Assembly: GCA_039630545.1 (NCBI GenBank)
Contig: JBCNUU010000006.1
Location: 17,543 to 81,542 of the forward strand
Length of the DNA stretch: 64,000 nucleotides
Direction: 5' to 3'
From: Endomicrobiia bacterium
GTDB lineage: Bacteria > Elusimicrobiota > Endomicrobiia > DTEH01
Shown piece by piece: positions 21,964 to 31,900 of this stretch. Below the pieces are notes generated by a model that worked only from the letters and a program-made list of their open reading frames with translations, was not told the origin of the DNA and did not search any database. The stretch's first letter is position 1; each line of letters begins with the position of its first letter. The position numbers were made by a program, and so were the translations under genes.

Positions 21964-23079
21964 TTATATTATAGTTTCTTCGGTCTCTATATCAAAAAGA
22001 TGAATTTTTTCTGTGTTTACTACTACTTCTATTACCTGATTAGGCTTTGCTGTATTATGTGGATCTGCTTTTATTACAAAGCTGTTTTTGCTGCTTTTAA
22101 GATGTAAATAAATTTCTGACCCTAATGTTTCAATAAAGTCCACAGTTAAGGTTACTAATGTTCCATCTTTTATAGGTCCTGTGTAGAAAAGTTTATCATA
22201 CATGTGCTCAGGTCTAACACCTAATATCATTTTGTTGCTCTTTTTTGTGGAGAGGTAATTTTCTATTTTTTCTTTGAAACTTGCAGGAAGTTTTAACTTA
22301 AAACTTCCCTCATCTGCATATATATCGCCGTTTTCTTTTACTATTTCAACCTCCATAAAATTCATAGGAGGTGAACCTATAAATCCAGCAACAAATTTAT
22401 TTCTGGGATTATCATACAGTTCAATTGGTTTATCTACTTGCTGAATAACACCGTCTTTCATTACACAGATCTTATCCCCTAAAGTCATAGCTTCTACTTG
22501 ATCATGTGTAACATATATTATTGTTGTTTGAAGACGTTCATGTAATTTTTTAAGCTCGGCACGCATTTGAACTCTTAATTTAGCATCTAAATTTGAAAGT
22601 GGCTCATCAAACAAAAATACTTTCGGTTTTCTTACTATTGCTCTACCAACAGCAACACGCTGTCTCTGGCCACCTGAAAGTTCTTTAGGATATCTATTAA
22701 GTAAATGTGAAATACCTAAAATTTCAGCAGCTTCTTTTACTCTCATATCTATTTCATGTTTAGAATACCCACGAATTTTTAAACCAAAAGCCATATTGTC
22801 ATACACTTTCATATGAGGATACAAAGCATAGTTTTGAAAAACCATAGCTATATCCCTGTCTTTCGGATGAAGGTTGTTTACAACTTTATCGTCAATATAG
22901 ATTTTTCCTTCTGTAATTTCTTCAAGTCCAGCAATCATTCTTAAAGTTGTTGTTTTTCCACATCCCGATGGTCCTACAAGCACAGCGAATTCTTTATCTT
23001 TTATTTCTAAATTAATTCTTTTTACAACTTCATGATTACCAAACCTCTTTGTAACATTTTCTAAAACAACTTTTGCCAT
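21964..23079 (-). CDS. Sugar-type ABC transporter ATP-binding protein (MalK/MsmX/UgpC-like), no permease adjacent
   Basis: 371 aa; Walker A GPSGCGKTT, signature LSGGQRQR, Walker B LFDEPLSNLD, C-terminal MalK-like regulatory domain. Confidence 0.92.
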   Translation of the reverse strand: MAKVVLENVTKRFGNHEVVKRINLEIKDKEFAVLVGPSGCGKTTTLRMIAGLEEITEGKIYIDDKVVNNLHPKDRDIAMVFQNYALYPHMKVYDNMAFGLKIRGYSKHEIDMRVKEAAEILGISHLLNRYPKELSGGQRQRVAVGRAIVRKPKVFLFDEPLSNLDAKLRVQMRAELKKLHERLQTTIIYVTHDQVEAMTLGDKICVMKDGVIQQVDKPIELYDNPRNKFVAGFIGSPPMNFMEVEIVKENGDIYADEGSFKLKLPASFKEKIENYLSTKKSNKMILGVRPEHMYDKLFYTGPIKDGTLVTLTVDFIETLGSEIYLHLKSSKNSFVIKADPHNTAKPNQVIEVVVNTEKIHLFDIETEETII

Positions 23080-23110
23080 ACTTTCTCCTCCGTTGGTTTT
23101 AAGACTAAAA

Positions 23111-23186
23111 CGGGCTCGACGGGATTTGAACCCGCGATCTCTGGCTTGACAGGCCAGCGTGTTGAACCAGGCTACACCACGAGCCC
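23111..23186 (-). tRNA. tRNA-Asp (GTC)
   Basis: Manual cloverleaf: acceptor GGGCTCG/CGAGCCC, anticodon loop CTGTCAA, T-loop TTCAAAT, G73 discriminator; GC-rich island in AT-rich DNA; CCA not encoded. Confidence 0.85.
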
Positions 23187-23199
23187 ACCACCCAAAATA

Positions 23200-23271
23200 T
23201 GGGCGGTAGAGGATTTGAACCTCTGACCTTCCGGGTGTAAACCGGGCGCTCTCCCGCTGAGCTAACCGCCC
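23200..23271 (-). tRNA. tRNA-Val (TAC)
   Basis: Manual cloverleaf: acceptor GGGCGGT/ACCGCCC, anticodon loop TTTACAC, T-arm AGAGG-TTCAAAT-CCTCT. Ends placed by hand, +/-2 nt. Confidence 0.8.
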
Positions 23272-23305
23272 TTGTTATTTAATCAATCAAATAAAAACTT
23301 TCCTG

Positions 23306-23380
23306 GGTGGTTGACGGGACTTGAACCCGCAACAACCTGGGCCACAGCCAGGTGCTCTATCCAGTTGAGCTACAACCACC
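23306..23380 (-). tRNA. tRNA-His (GTG) with encoded G-1
   Basis: Manual cloverleaf: extra 5-prime G pairing with C73, anticodon loop CTGTGGC, T-loop TTCAAGT. Confidence 0.82.
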
Positions 23381-23408
23381 ACAAAACAAACCTTTTTCAA
23401 ATTCAAAA

Positions 23409-23482
<74 letters not shown>

Positions 23483-23489
23483 ATTAAAA

Positions 23490-23562
23490 TGAGCCCGGAG
23501 AGATTCGAACTCTCGACACCCGGCTTAAAAGGCCGGTGCTCTACCGACTGAGCTACGGGCCC
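23490..23562 (-). tRNA. tRNA-Lys (TTT)
   Basis: Manual cloverleaf: acceptor GGGCCCG/CGGGCTC (one G-U), anticodon loop CTTTTAA, T-loop TTCGAAT. Confidence 0.82.
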
Positions 23563-23585
23563 TTTTTTTATCAAAATTTTTACTC

Positions 23586-23657
23586 AGCCGGCGAAGGGAT
23601 TTGAACCCCCGACCTGACGCTTACAAGGCGCCTGCTCTACCACTGAGCTACGCCGGC
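23586..23657 (-). tRNA. tRNA-Thr (TGT)
   Basis: Manual cloverleaf: acceptor GCCGGCG/CGCCGGC, anticodon loop CTTGTAA, short variable arm (so not Tyr), T-loop TTCAAAT. Confidence 0.78.
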
Positions 23658-23673
23658 ATTTTTTGAAAAAATA

Positions 23674-23702
23674 AAAATATAAAAATGAATTCTAAAAGTC
23701 AA
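23674..23702 (-). promoter_or_regulatory. Candidate promoter for the tRNA cluster (TTGACT-N17-TATTTT on minus strand)
   Basis: Hexamers read directly on the reverse strand, about 10-15 nt upstream of the tRNA-Thr 5-prime end, within/just past the obg 3-prime end. Confidence 0.25.
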
Positions 23703-23705
23703 TAA

Positions 23706-24989
23706 TTATTCTCTAAAATCAAATTCTACATCTGAGATTATAACTTTATCTCCTTCTTTTATTCCCTTTTCTTTTAGAAATTTTTCTATCTTCAATTTTT
23801 TAAATATTTTCTGAAGACGCGCAATACTTTCTTCGGAATTAAAATCTGTCATTTTTACCAAATCTTCTAATTTTTTATTCTTAATTATAAATTTGTTACC
23901 TGCTTTCTCTATCACAAACTCATCTTCGTATTTATATATTTTCTGCTCCTCTGAAATTTCTATTTCAACTTCTGTATTTTTTAATTTTTCTAACATATTA
24001 CAAATCTTTTTTATTAATTCTTTAAGACCTTCTCTTTTTAAAGCAGAAATTGCTAAAATTGTATACTCTGACTTTATTTTTTGTTTTAATTTTCTTATCA
24101 GCTGATTTTTGACATTCTCAGGGATCATATCAATTTTATTCAAAACTACTATCATTGGTTTTTTCGCAAGTTTTTCAGAATAATTTTTAAGTTCTTTCAT
24201 AATTATTTTATAATTTTTATATATCTCATTTTCATCAGCACTACTTACATCAATCAAATGAATAAGCATTTTTGTTCTTTCAATATGTCTTAAAAATTCA
24301 ACTCCCAGTCCTTTACCTTTATGAGCATCTTCTATAATACCAGGAATATCTGCTATTACAAACTTTTTGTCAGAATATACCAATGTCCCTAAATTTGGTG
24401 ACAATGTAGTAAAAGGATAATCTGCAATTTTAGGTTTAGCAGGTGTCAAAACAGCTAAAAGTGTAGACTTTCCTGCATTAGGAAGTCCAACTATTCCAAC
24501 ATCAGCTATAAGCTTTAGTTCTAAAATTAAAGTAACTTTTTGAGACGGTTGGCCTAATTCAGCTATTTTGGGCGCACGATTAGTTGAGGATTTAAAATCA
24601 GCATTGCCTCTTCCGCCTCTACCACCTTCTGCAACTAATACTGTATCATATGGTTTTACTAAATCTTTAAGAAAAATTTTATTCTGGTTTTCATCTAATT
24701 TATATACAACTGTCCCGCAAGGAACATCTATATAAAGATCTTTCCCATCTTTACCATACATATTTTTACCCTTACCATGCTGCCCGTCTTCTGCTTTAAA
24801 ATGGGGTTTTAAAGTAAAGTCATAAAGAGTAGTAATATTGGGGTTAGCTCTTAAGTAAACATCTCCACCTTTTCCGCCTCTTCCACCATCAGGTCCACCA
24901 AAAGGTACAAACTTTTCTCTTCTAAAACTTACACAACCATTACCTCCTTTTCCTGATTCTACATATATTTTTACTCTGTCAATAAACAT
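23706..24989 (-). CDS. obg: GTPase Obg/CgtA
   Basis: 427 aa; Gly-rich Obg fold (GKGGNGCVSFRREKFVPFGGPDGGRGGKGGDV), G-motifs GLPNAGKST and DIPG, C-terminal OCT-like domain. Confidence 0.95.
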   Translation of the reverse strand: MFIDRVKIYVESGKGGNGCVSFRREKFVPFGGPDGGRGGKGGDVYLRANPNITTLYDFTLKPHFKAEDGQHGKGKNMYGKDGKDLYIDVPCGTVVYKLDENQNKIFLKDLVKPYDTVLVAEGGRGGRGNADFKSSTNRAPKIAELGQPSQKVTLILELKLIADVGIVGLPNAGKSTLLAVLTPAKPKIADYPFTTLSPNLGTLVYSDKKFVIADIPGIIEDAHKGKGLGVEFLRHIERTKMLIHLIDVSSADENEIYKNYKIIMKELKNYSEKLAKKPMIVVLNKIDMIPENVKNQLIRKLKQKIKSEYTILAISALKREGLKELIKKICNMLEKLKNTEVEIEISEEQKIYKYEDEFVIEKAGNKFIIKNKKLEDLVKMTDFNSEESIARLQKIFKKLKIEKFLKEKGIKEGDKVIISDVEFDFRE

Positions 24990-24996
24990 AATTTTA

Positions 24997-25233
24997 CTAT
25001 AGAGGATAAACCTCTACTATCTTTTTCTGTTTAGTAAGATTTTTAAAAATAACTTTACCAGTAATTTTTGAGTGAATAGTAAAATCTTTAGAAAGATAAG
25101 TATTTCTGCCAGCTAAAAACTTTGTCCCTCTTTGTTTTAAAATAATTTGTCCCGGTTTTACTATTTGTCCTTCATAAATTTTTACGCCAAGATATTTTGG
25201 ATTACTATCTCTTCCATTAACAACATGTGCCAT
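24997..25233 (-). CDS. rpmA: 50S ribosomal protein L27
   Basis: 78 aa; NGRDSNPKYLGVK...RGTKF matches the L27 signature. Confidence 0.92.
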   Translation of the reverse strand: MAHVVNGRDSNPKYLGVKIYEGQIVKPGQIILKQRGTKFLAGRNTYLSKDFTIHSKITGKVIFKNLTKQKKIVEVYPL

Positions 25234-25251
25234 TTGGTTGCTTCCTCCTTT

Positions 25252-26385
25252 CTATTCAATTATAGTCTTATCATAGTTTAATATCTGAGAACTACCTTCT
25301 TCTGAAAACCATAAAAATTTGTTATCTATATAAAAACTTGAAATGTTTTTGTTTGCCAAAAAACTTAATTTAAAAGAATTTGATATTTCTTTGAGTCCTT
25401 TAAGCATATAAAGATTATAATCATTATCTAAAATCCATATTTTGTTTTTATAAGAAGACGCATAAATTGTATTTTTTATCAGATAAGAAAATTTTTCTAC
25501 AATTCTATTTAAATCTTTATCATAAAGTATGACTTCTTTGGCTTTATTATTAAACACTAAAATATTTCCTCTATAAGCTACAATACATATTGGCTCAATT
25601 TGAGATAAATCAAGTACTTTAAGCAAAATATTTTTATTTTTTATTATCGCATATTTGTAAATTTTTTTATTCCAGCCATCTAAAATATACAAAAAATTAG
25701 ATATAAAACAAACAGAAGTAGGTACTATATTATCTTTAGCAAATTTAAAAGAAGTTACCAATAATAAAAAATCACCTTTCATTTTATAAAATGCTACTTC
25801 TTGAGAAGACCAACTGCTTAATACAAGTTTATTATCAATTTTATTTATAGAGGAAATAGTTTCTAATGTAGTGTCATAGATCTTTGGGATTGGAATTTTT
25901 TCTTTTGAAATAAAATTTTTATAAAAAAATAAAACACCCACACTAACAACAAAAATTCCACCAAAAATAAATAAAAAATTTTTTATTTGAAAATTTAATT
26001 TAAAACCTAAAGATTGAAGATGTTGGATTTCTGCTTCATGAGATTTAACAATCTGTAGATTATCAACTGGCATTTGAGAAGAGATTGTTTTGTTTTCTTT
26101 TGAAAGAATACTTATTTTTGTTAACAGCTCATTTAAATTTTTTTGAGCCTCAAAATATCTTGGATTGAGCCTGAGTGCTTTTTCAAATTCCATCCTTGCT
26201 TCTTCTAAAAAACCCTTTTTCGCTAGAGCTTTTCCTAAAGAGTTATGAACATCTGCGTAGTCAGCTCCATATTCTATTGCTTTTTTATATTCCTCTATGG
26301 CTATATCTAACTCTCCAGTAGCTTCAAAAACTCTTCCACGATAATAATGCCTCATCGCATCAAATGAAACATCATATTTAGACAT
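25252..26385 (-). CDS. TPR-repeat membrane protein (N-terminal TPR, one TM helix, C-terminal beta-rich domain)
   Basis: 377 aa; TPR-like AIEEYKKAIEYGADYADVHNSLGKALAKKGFLEEARMEFEKALRLNP; TM FLFIFGGIFVVSVGVLFFY. Confidence 0.6.
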   Translation of the reverse strand: MSKYDVSFDAMRHYYRGRVFEATGELDIAIEEYKKAIEYGADYADVHNSLGKALAKKGFLEEARMEFEKALRLNPRYFEAQKNLNELLTKISILSKENKTISSQMPVDNLQIVKSHEAEIQHLQSLGFKLNFQIKNFLFIFGGIFVVSVGVLFFYKNFISKEKIPIPKIYDTTLETISSINKIDNKLVLSSWSSQEVAFYKMKGDFLLLVTSFKFAKDNIVPTSVCFISNFLYILDGWNKKIYKYAIIKNKNILLKVLDLSQIEPICIVAYRGNILVFNNKAKEVILYDKDLNRIVEKFSYLIKNTIYASSYKNKIWILDNDYNLYMLKGLKEISNSFKLSFLANKNISSFYIDNKFLWFSEEGSSQILNYDKTIIE

Positions 26386-26397
26386 AAGTTTTTCTCC

Positions 26398-27570
26398 TTA
26401 AGCTGGAAATTCTAAAGTTACAACTGTTCCTTTATTAAATACAGAGGTTATATCTATTTTAGCATCGAATAATTTTAAATACCACTTTGCTTTAAACAAT
26501 CCTATACCAAAATGTCCCTGTTCAAATTTTGTGGTAAAAAACAATTCAAAAACTTTTGGCAATAAATGTTCAGGTATTCCACAACCATTATCTTCTATCA
26601 TTATTCTTTTAGACAACTCAGAGGAATATAACCTGATAGTTATTCTGTTGCCTGTAAGCTGTAAAAATGCTTCTAATGAATTTTGAATTATCTCAGAAAT
26701 AATATCTATTAAAATTTGAAAATCTGCTTCTACAATAAACTCTACATCTGGCGACAAAATTTCTTGTACAACTTCTACATTTTTAAAAGAAATTTCATTT
26801 TGAAATTTATTTAAAACAGAAACTAAAACTGATTTTAAATCTACTTTCTGGATATTTATAGCAGTTGGAGGTTTTAAGCGTTCAGATGCAGTACGAATTA
26901 TATCTCTTATTCTATATATCTCTTTCTGTACTAATGAAATTTTTTTAAAAGAAGGATGGCCATCTATTTCATCTTTTACTAAATTAAAAGCTTCATCTAT
27001 GATTCCAATTGGGTTTCTAAAATATCTTAAACATTCATTCATACAAGTAGTCAACAATTTCATATGTGACAACACATACTCAATTTTATCCTGTTTTATG
27101 ACTTCTTTAAGAGATTTTTCTTTTTTAGAAATGCTTTCTATTTCATTTTTTAAATTTTTATTTTCTGCCTCAAGTTCTGTTATTTTTTTTATAAGTTCTA
27201 AAAAAGATTTATCCTGTTGAACAGACAAAGCTGAAACTTTAGCTATCTGTTGTTCTTGTGTAGATTTAATTTGTTCATATTTTGCAATTATGTCTTCCAT
27301 TTCTTTTTGTAATTTTTGAATTATTTTCTCTTTTTCTTGTAGAATTGTTTCATAACCTTTTTTTATTGTTTCAAGTAACATATTTTGAACTTCAGAGAAA
27401 AAAGATGGAGATACAACGCCAGATGATATAATCTGTGGTTGAATATTTAAAATTTGTGTTGAGATGTTATCTTTTTTATTTTGTATTTCTTCAGTAAGTT
27501 TTTTTATTCTTTCACGAATTTTTGTTATTTTTTCTTTTTCTTGTTGTGATAGTTTTTCTAAATCTTTCAT
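26398..27570 (-). CDS. Histidine-kinase-like protein (coiled-coil N-terminus, C-terminal HATPase_c), no TM segment, no adjacent response regulator
   Basis: 390 aa; GHKL ATPase motifs (IEDNGCGIP, FTTKFEQGHFGIGL); long heptad-like N-terminal region. Confidence 0.7.
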   Translation of the reverse strand: MKDLEKLSQQEKEKITKIRERIKKLTEEIQNKKDNISTQILNIQPQIISSGVVSPSFFSEVQNMLLETIKKGYETILQEKEKIIQKLQKEMEDIIAKYEQIKSTQEQQIAKVSALSVQQDKSFLELIKKITELEAENKNLKNEIESISKKEKSLKEVIKQDKIEYVLSHMKLLTTCMNECLRYFRNPIGIIDEAFNLVKDEIDGHPSFKKISLVQKEIYRIRDIIRTASERLKPPTAINIQKVDLKSVLVSVLNKFQNEISFKNVEVVQEILSPDVEFIVEADFQILIDIISEIIQNSLEAFLQLTGNRITIRLYSSELSKRIMIEDNGCGIPEHLLPKVFELFFTTKFEQGHFGIGLFKAKWYLKLFDAKIDITSVFNKGTVVTLEFPA

Positions 27571-27575
27571 AGGGT

Positions 27576-28922
27576 TTATGGTATCTCAAGCACACTTCCA
27601 GGAACTAATTGCCCCCTTATGATTTTTTCTTTGTTTGCTTCATAAATTTTTCTCCATTGGGAAGCATCTCCATAGTATTTTTCAGCTAATTTTGGTAAAG
27701 TGTCACCCTCAACAACAGTATGATATCTTTTTTTGGGAATCGTAACAGGTTGTGGTTGTGATGGTTTTGGTTTTTCTTCAATTCTTTTTGTTTCGGCTTC
27801 TTTAAGTTTTTTTTCTAATTCTTCTATTTTTTTTAACAACTCCTCTTGAAGAAGTATTTGCTGAGACTGCAAAATTTGTGGTTGTTCTTTTTTTTCAACT
27901 TCTAACTTAGAAGATAACATTTTAAGTTCTTCTTCAAGCTTTTGTTTTTCTAAAAGAAGTTTTTCATATTCTTTTTTTGAAATCTTTTCTTCTTCAACTT
28001 CTACAGGAAAAAATTTATAACTTAAAGAAATACACTGTTGTCCACCTGTGTCAATTTTATTTATCAAAGAAAACTTATAACCATAGTTAAATGTTATTCT
28101 AGAAGTATATAAACCAAAACCTAAAGAAATACTGTTGTAATCTTTGTTTCCATAACATATACCAAAGGATGGAGTAAATTTTAATTTTTTGTTAAAGAAT
28201 AACATCTTGTATTCAAACACTAAGGAGACAAAATAATCCGTCAAAGAAGAAAATTCAAATTTTATATCAGGTAGTATTTTTATATTTTTATAATTGTATC
28301 TATATCCAAAACTCATCCTTAATGGCATTTTCTCTTCAGTATATAAACCTATAGATGGCTGTAGTATATTGTCTATTGTAAATGCTCCTGTATGAATTTC
28401 ATTAAACATATATAAACTACCTAATGAAAATGAAAAATAAGATATTTCTTTACTTTTTAAAAATACAGGATTGTTTTTTATATACTCATCAAGAGTATAG
28501 GCTTCTTTGTCATATGTAAGCTTTAATCCAAAAGCTATCTTTGAGTTGATTTCTTTTAGTTGTCTACCGTAAGACAGCAGGATTTTGTTTTTAATGTACC
28601 AATCTGTAATTCCAAATTGATTAAATCCTAAACCTAAACTTCCACCCAGAAATTTCTGTGTAACTGCTAAACTATTATTAATAAATTTAGTTCCATCTGT
28701 CAAGTTAGGATAAATGAGGTTATAAGTAACAACCACTTCAGCTACTTTTATGTTCCATAAACCAGAAGGGTTTAAAAACATACATCCTGCTGAACCATCT
28801 TCAGCAGCTGGTTCTAACTTTCTTAAGTTCTCAGCAGAAAAATTTTCAGAAGGAGAATATCCACATAAAAAGTTGTAGATAAACAAAAAAACGACTATTA
28901 TTGTTCTATTTAAATACTTCAT
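27576..28922 (-). CDS. Secreted barrel-like protein with C-terminal coiled coil and LysM domain (putative outer-membrane to peptidoglycan tether)
   Basis: 448 aa; signal peptide MKYLNRTIIVVFLFIYNFLCG, about 300 aa of alternating aromatic/hydrophobic beta-like segments, charged coiled coil (EKLLLEKQKLEEELK...), C-terminal LysM YHTVVEGDTLPKLAEKYYGD. Confidence 0.65.
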   Translation of the reverse strand: MKYLNRTIIVVFLFIYNFLCGYSPSENFSAENLRKLEPAAEDGSAGCMFLNPSGLWNIKVAEVVVTYNLIYPNLTDGTKFINNSLAVTQKFLGGSLGLGFNQFGITDWYIKNKILLSYGRQLKEINSKIAFGLKLTYDKEAYTLDEYIKNNPVFLKSKEISYFSFSLGSLYMFNEIHTGAFTIDNILQPSIGLYTEEKMPLRMSFGYRYNYKNIKILPDIKFEFSSLTDYFVSLVFEYKMLFFNKKLKFTPSFGICYGNKDYNSISLGFGLYTSRITFNYGYKFSLINKIDTGGQQCISLSYKFFPVEVEEEKISKKEYEKLLLEKQKLEEELKMLSSKLEVEKKEQPQILQSQQILLQEELLKKIEELEKKLKEAETKRIEEKPKPSQPQPVTIPKKRYHTVVEGDTLPKLAEKYYGDASQWRKIYEANKEKIIRGQLVPGSVLEIP

Positions 28923-31900
28923 TTTGCTACAATTATTGTCCCAGTAAATGTTTTATTACCAACTTTTATTTTATAAATATAAACACCTTTTGGCACAAAG
29001 TTTCCGTTGGTATCTTTCCCATCCCAGGTAAGTTCTACACCTTCTAATTTTAACCTGGCAATATATCTTAAGTTTAAATCATAAACTTCACCTTCAGGTG
29101 TAAACAAAGTAGGATTGAAAATCACAAAATGAATTTTGTTGTCTTGTGACGCTGTTGGTGTAAAGATTTTTTTTGGATAAATATTTGTAATCACAGGTTC
29201 TTGAGTTGAAATGACTTTTCTTACTACATATTCTCCTGTAGACCTTAAAGTACATCTCAAAATACTTTTTTGTTCATCATAAAAACTTGGAACAAGCACA
29301 TATTCAATATCATTATTAAAAAATACTAAAGGTTTTACTTTAACTAAATTTTTTTCTTCCACGAAATTATCGGATGAATAATCTTCATTTTCTTTCTGAA
29401 GAAAAATTTCTAAGTTTATTGGCTGTTTAAACTTATAGGAGACAGGTTTATTATTTCTAACAAGTTCTAATTTATATTTCATAAATGTACTGAAATTAAT
29501 ACTTTCATTTTCTTCAACAGGTACTGTTGTAATGTTAAGTTTATAGCCATAAAATGAAATTTCTTCTTCTACACCTTTTGGAATAACGATCTTCATTGTA
29601 TCTAAAAAGGGAATAATTCTACTTCCCGAATTAAAGGAAGAAACTACATCTGACGGTAAACTTTCTATTCCAGTTTCTGTTACAACCTTTATTAAATAAT
29701 AATAAGTGTTAAAATAAATATAGTCGGTAAATGTCGTAGCCGGAGTTGAGACAAATTTATAAAAAGACGAAGGGTTTAAAACACCTTCATAGTCCTGACT
29801 GCGATAAATGTTATAGCCTTTAATGTCGTCAGCTAAAGAACCATCTGTATATGTTTGCACTTTTTCCCATGATAAAATAAATCTATAATCAGGATTATCA
29901 TAATTTATTTTTTCTATTCTTGAAGGAATATTTATTACTCCTATAAAGAAAGTATTTTTAGTAGGTTCACTAAAAATATCTTCCTCATCTATTGCTATCA
30001 CTTCATAATAATATGTCATATTCTGTGTTAAGTTTATTTGGGGCTGATATGAATTAGATGAAACTTCTACATCAATTACTGGAGAATAAAGATTTTTATT
30101 GGAAAAAATTTTGAGTCTATATTTTTTAATGCTAGTGTTGGGTTCCGGGTGTGGTAAAGGTTCCCATTCAAAAACAGGTCTTCTTAATAAAATTTCTCCT
30201 TCGGGATTTAAAATTTTTACACCTTGAGGTCTAAAATATGGCACATAAAAGCTTAAAACTGAAGAATCTCTCCACAGGCCTCTTTTATCATAAGCGCGTA
30301 TTTTCCAATAATAAGTTGAATTCATTAAGAGCTTAAAATTGATTGTGTAGACAGTAACTGAAGATGAAACCACAATGGATGTTGTAATGTTTAGCTGAAA
30401 ATTTTGTTTTGTTGAAAGTTTAATTTCATAATAGTTTATACCATCGTCTTTATCAAAACCTATCTCCCATATAAACTGAGGCTTTCTTGTAAAAACTGTA
30501 CTTGACGGGGAAAATATTCCAAATGGTTCTGGTGGATCGTTTTGGGAGTCAATGAATAAATAATTAGTTGTAGATATTTTTTGACTAACTTGATTTTTAG
30601 CAACTACATACCAGAAATATGTTGTGTTTTCTTTTAAGGTTGAAGTAGAATATGAAATAGGTTGTAGTTCTTTGTAGTTTTCATAAGGACCTAAAAAAAA
30701 TTCTACTTTATTGGGTGGTTTTCCTAGTTCACCTATGTATAACTCATACGTTATCTGTTTCCACCACTCTGTAATATTTGCGGGTGCCCAAATTAGATTT
30801 AAAGGTTGTGTTGCCCGAGTAAAAGTATAGGATGAACCTGGACTAAGTAGATAAATATCATCGGGAGGATCATCCTGTAGGTCTACTATAAACATGTAAG
30901 ATGAAATGCTTTTTGTATAGTTTGATTTTGTATCATAAGCTTCAACCCACCAGTAGTAGGCTGCATTTTCTTTTAATTTTGATAAATCTATATTATAACT
31001 TAAAGTTGTACTTCCTAAAATAACTATATATGTTGAATCACCTACTATATAGCTTTCTGCTGATGAAATTACTACTTTATATTGTTCTACATAATCCTTT
31101 GGATCAGAGTCATAACTTTGTTGCCAGCTTAAATTTATATATCTTTCTTTTATTACTCCAGAAGTGATATTGAGATAAAAACTTTTTGGATTTTCTTCAT
31201 AAAAATTTACCCAGAAAGAACCAATAGTAGAACTTGAAATCCCTCCATAGTTATCATAAGCCACCACCTGCCAGAAATATTGAGTGTTTTCTTTAAAATC
31301 AAAAAAGATTTCTGCCTCTATAGTTTCTCCTATTTGTTTTCCTATGTTTGTTCCGGCAGAAAATTTTTCATAAACAGAAAAATTTTGAAAACTTGAAATA
31401 TATAAAGTATAGTATAATATATCTCTATCCAAATCTCCATTGTTTTTAAACTTAAATTTAAAAGAAGATAAAACTATTTCATCATTTAAAGGATATACTA
31501 ATTCAAAATTGTTTGGATCAAAATTTGTAGTTTGAAAATAAAATGTAGAGTAGGGTGTCTCAAAATTTCCAAATTTATCATAAGCTTTTACATACCAGTA
31601 ATAAGTGGTCCTAGGATGCAGATCAAAATTTAAAATAAATTTTGTATCTGAAGAATAAAAAGTATAATAAGAAGAAAAATTAGCAAAACTGCTTATTATA
31701 ATTACATAACTTGAAACAAAAGAATCATAGTTGTCTGGATCGTATACTTGTTCCCAGTAAAATGTTGGTCTAAAAGTTTTAATTCCTGATGCAAAAGGAT
31801 GACTTATGCTTACTCCAGGAGACAAAAGATTAAACTTTAATGGCCTCTGGTTTGAAACTATAAATCTTCCGGTACTTAAAGCGACACCATATGGTTTTAC

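Noticed and set aside
23586-23657. Initial reading of this tRNA as tRNA-Tyr (GTA)
   Set aside because: Re-registering the anticodon loop (CTTGTAA with U33) gives anticodon TGT (Thr), and the short variable arm is inconsistent with bacterial tRNA-Tyr.
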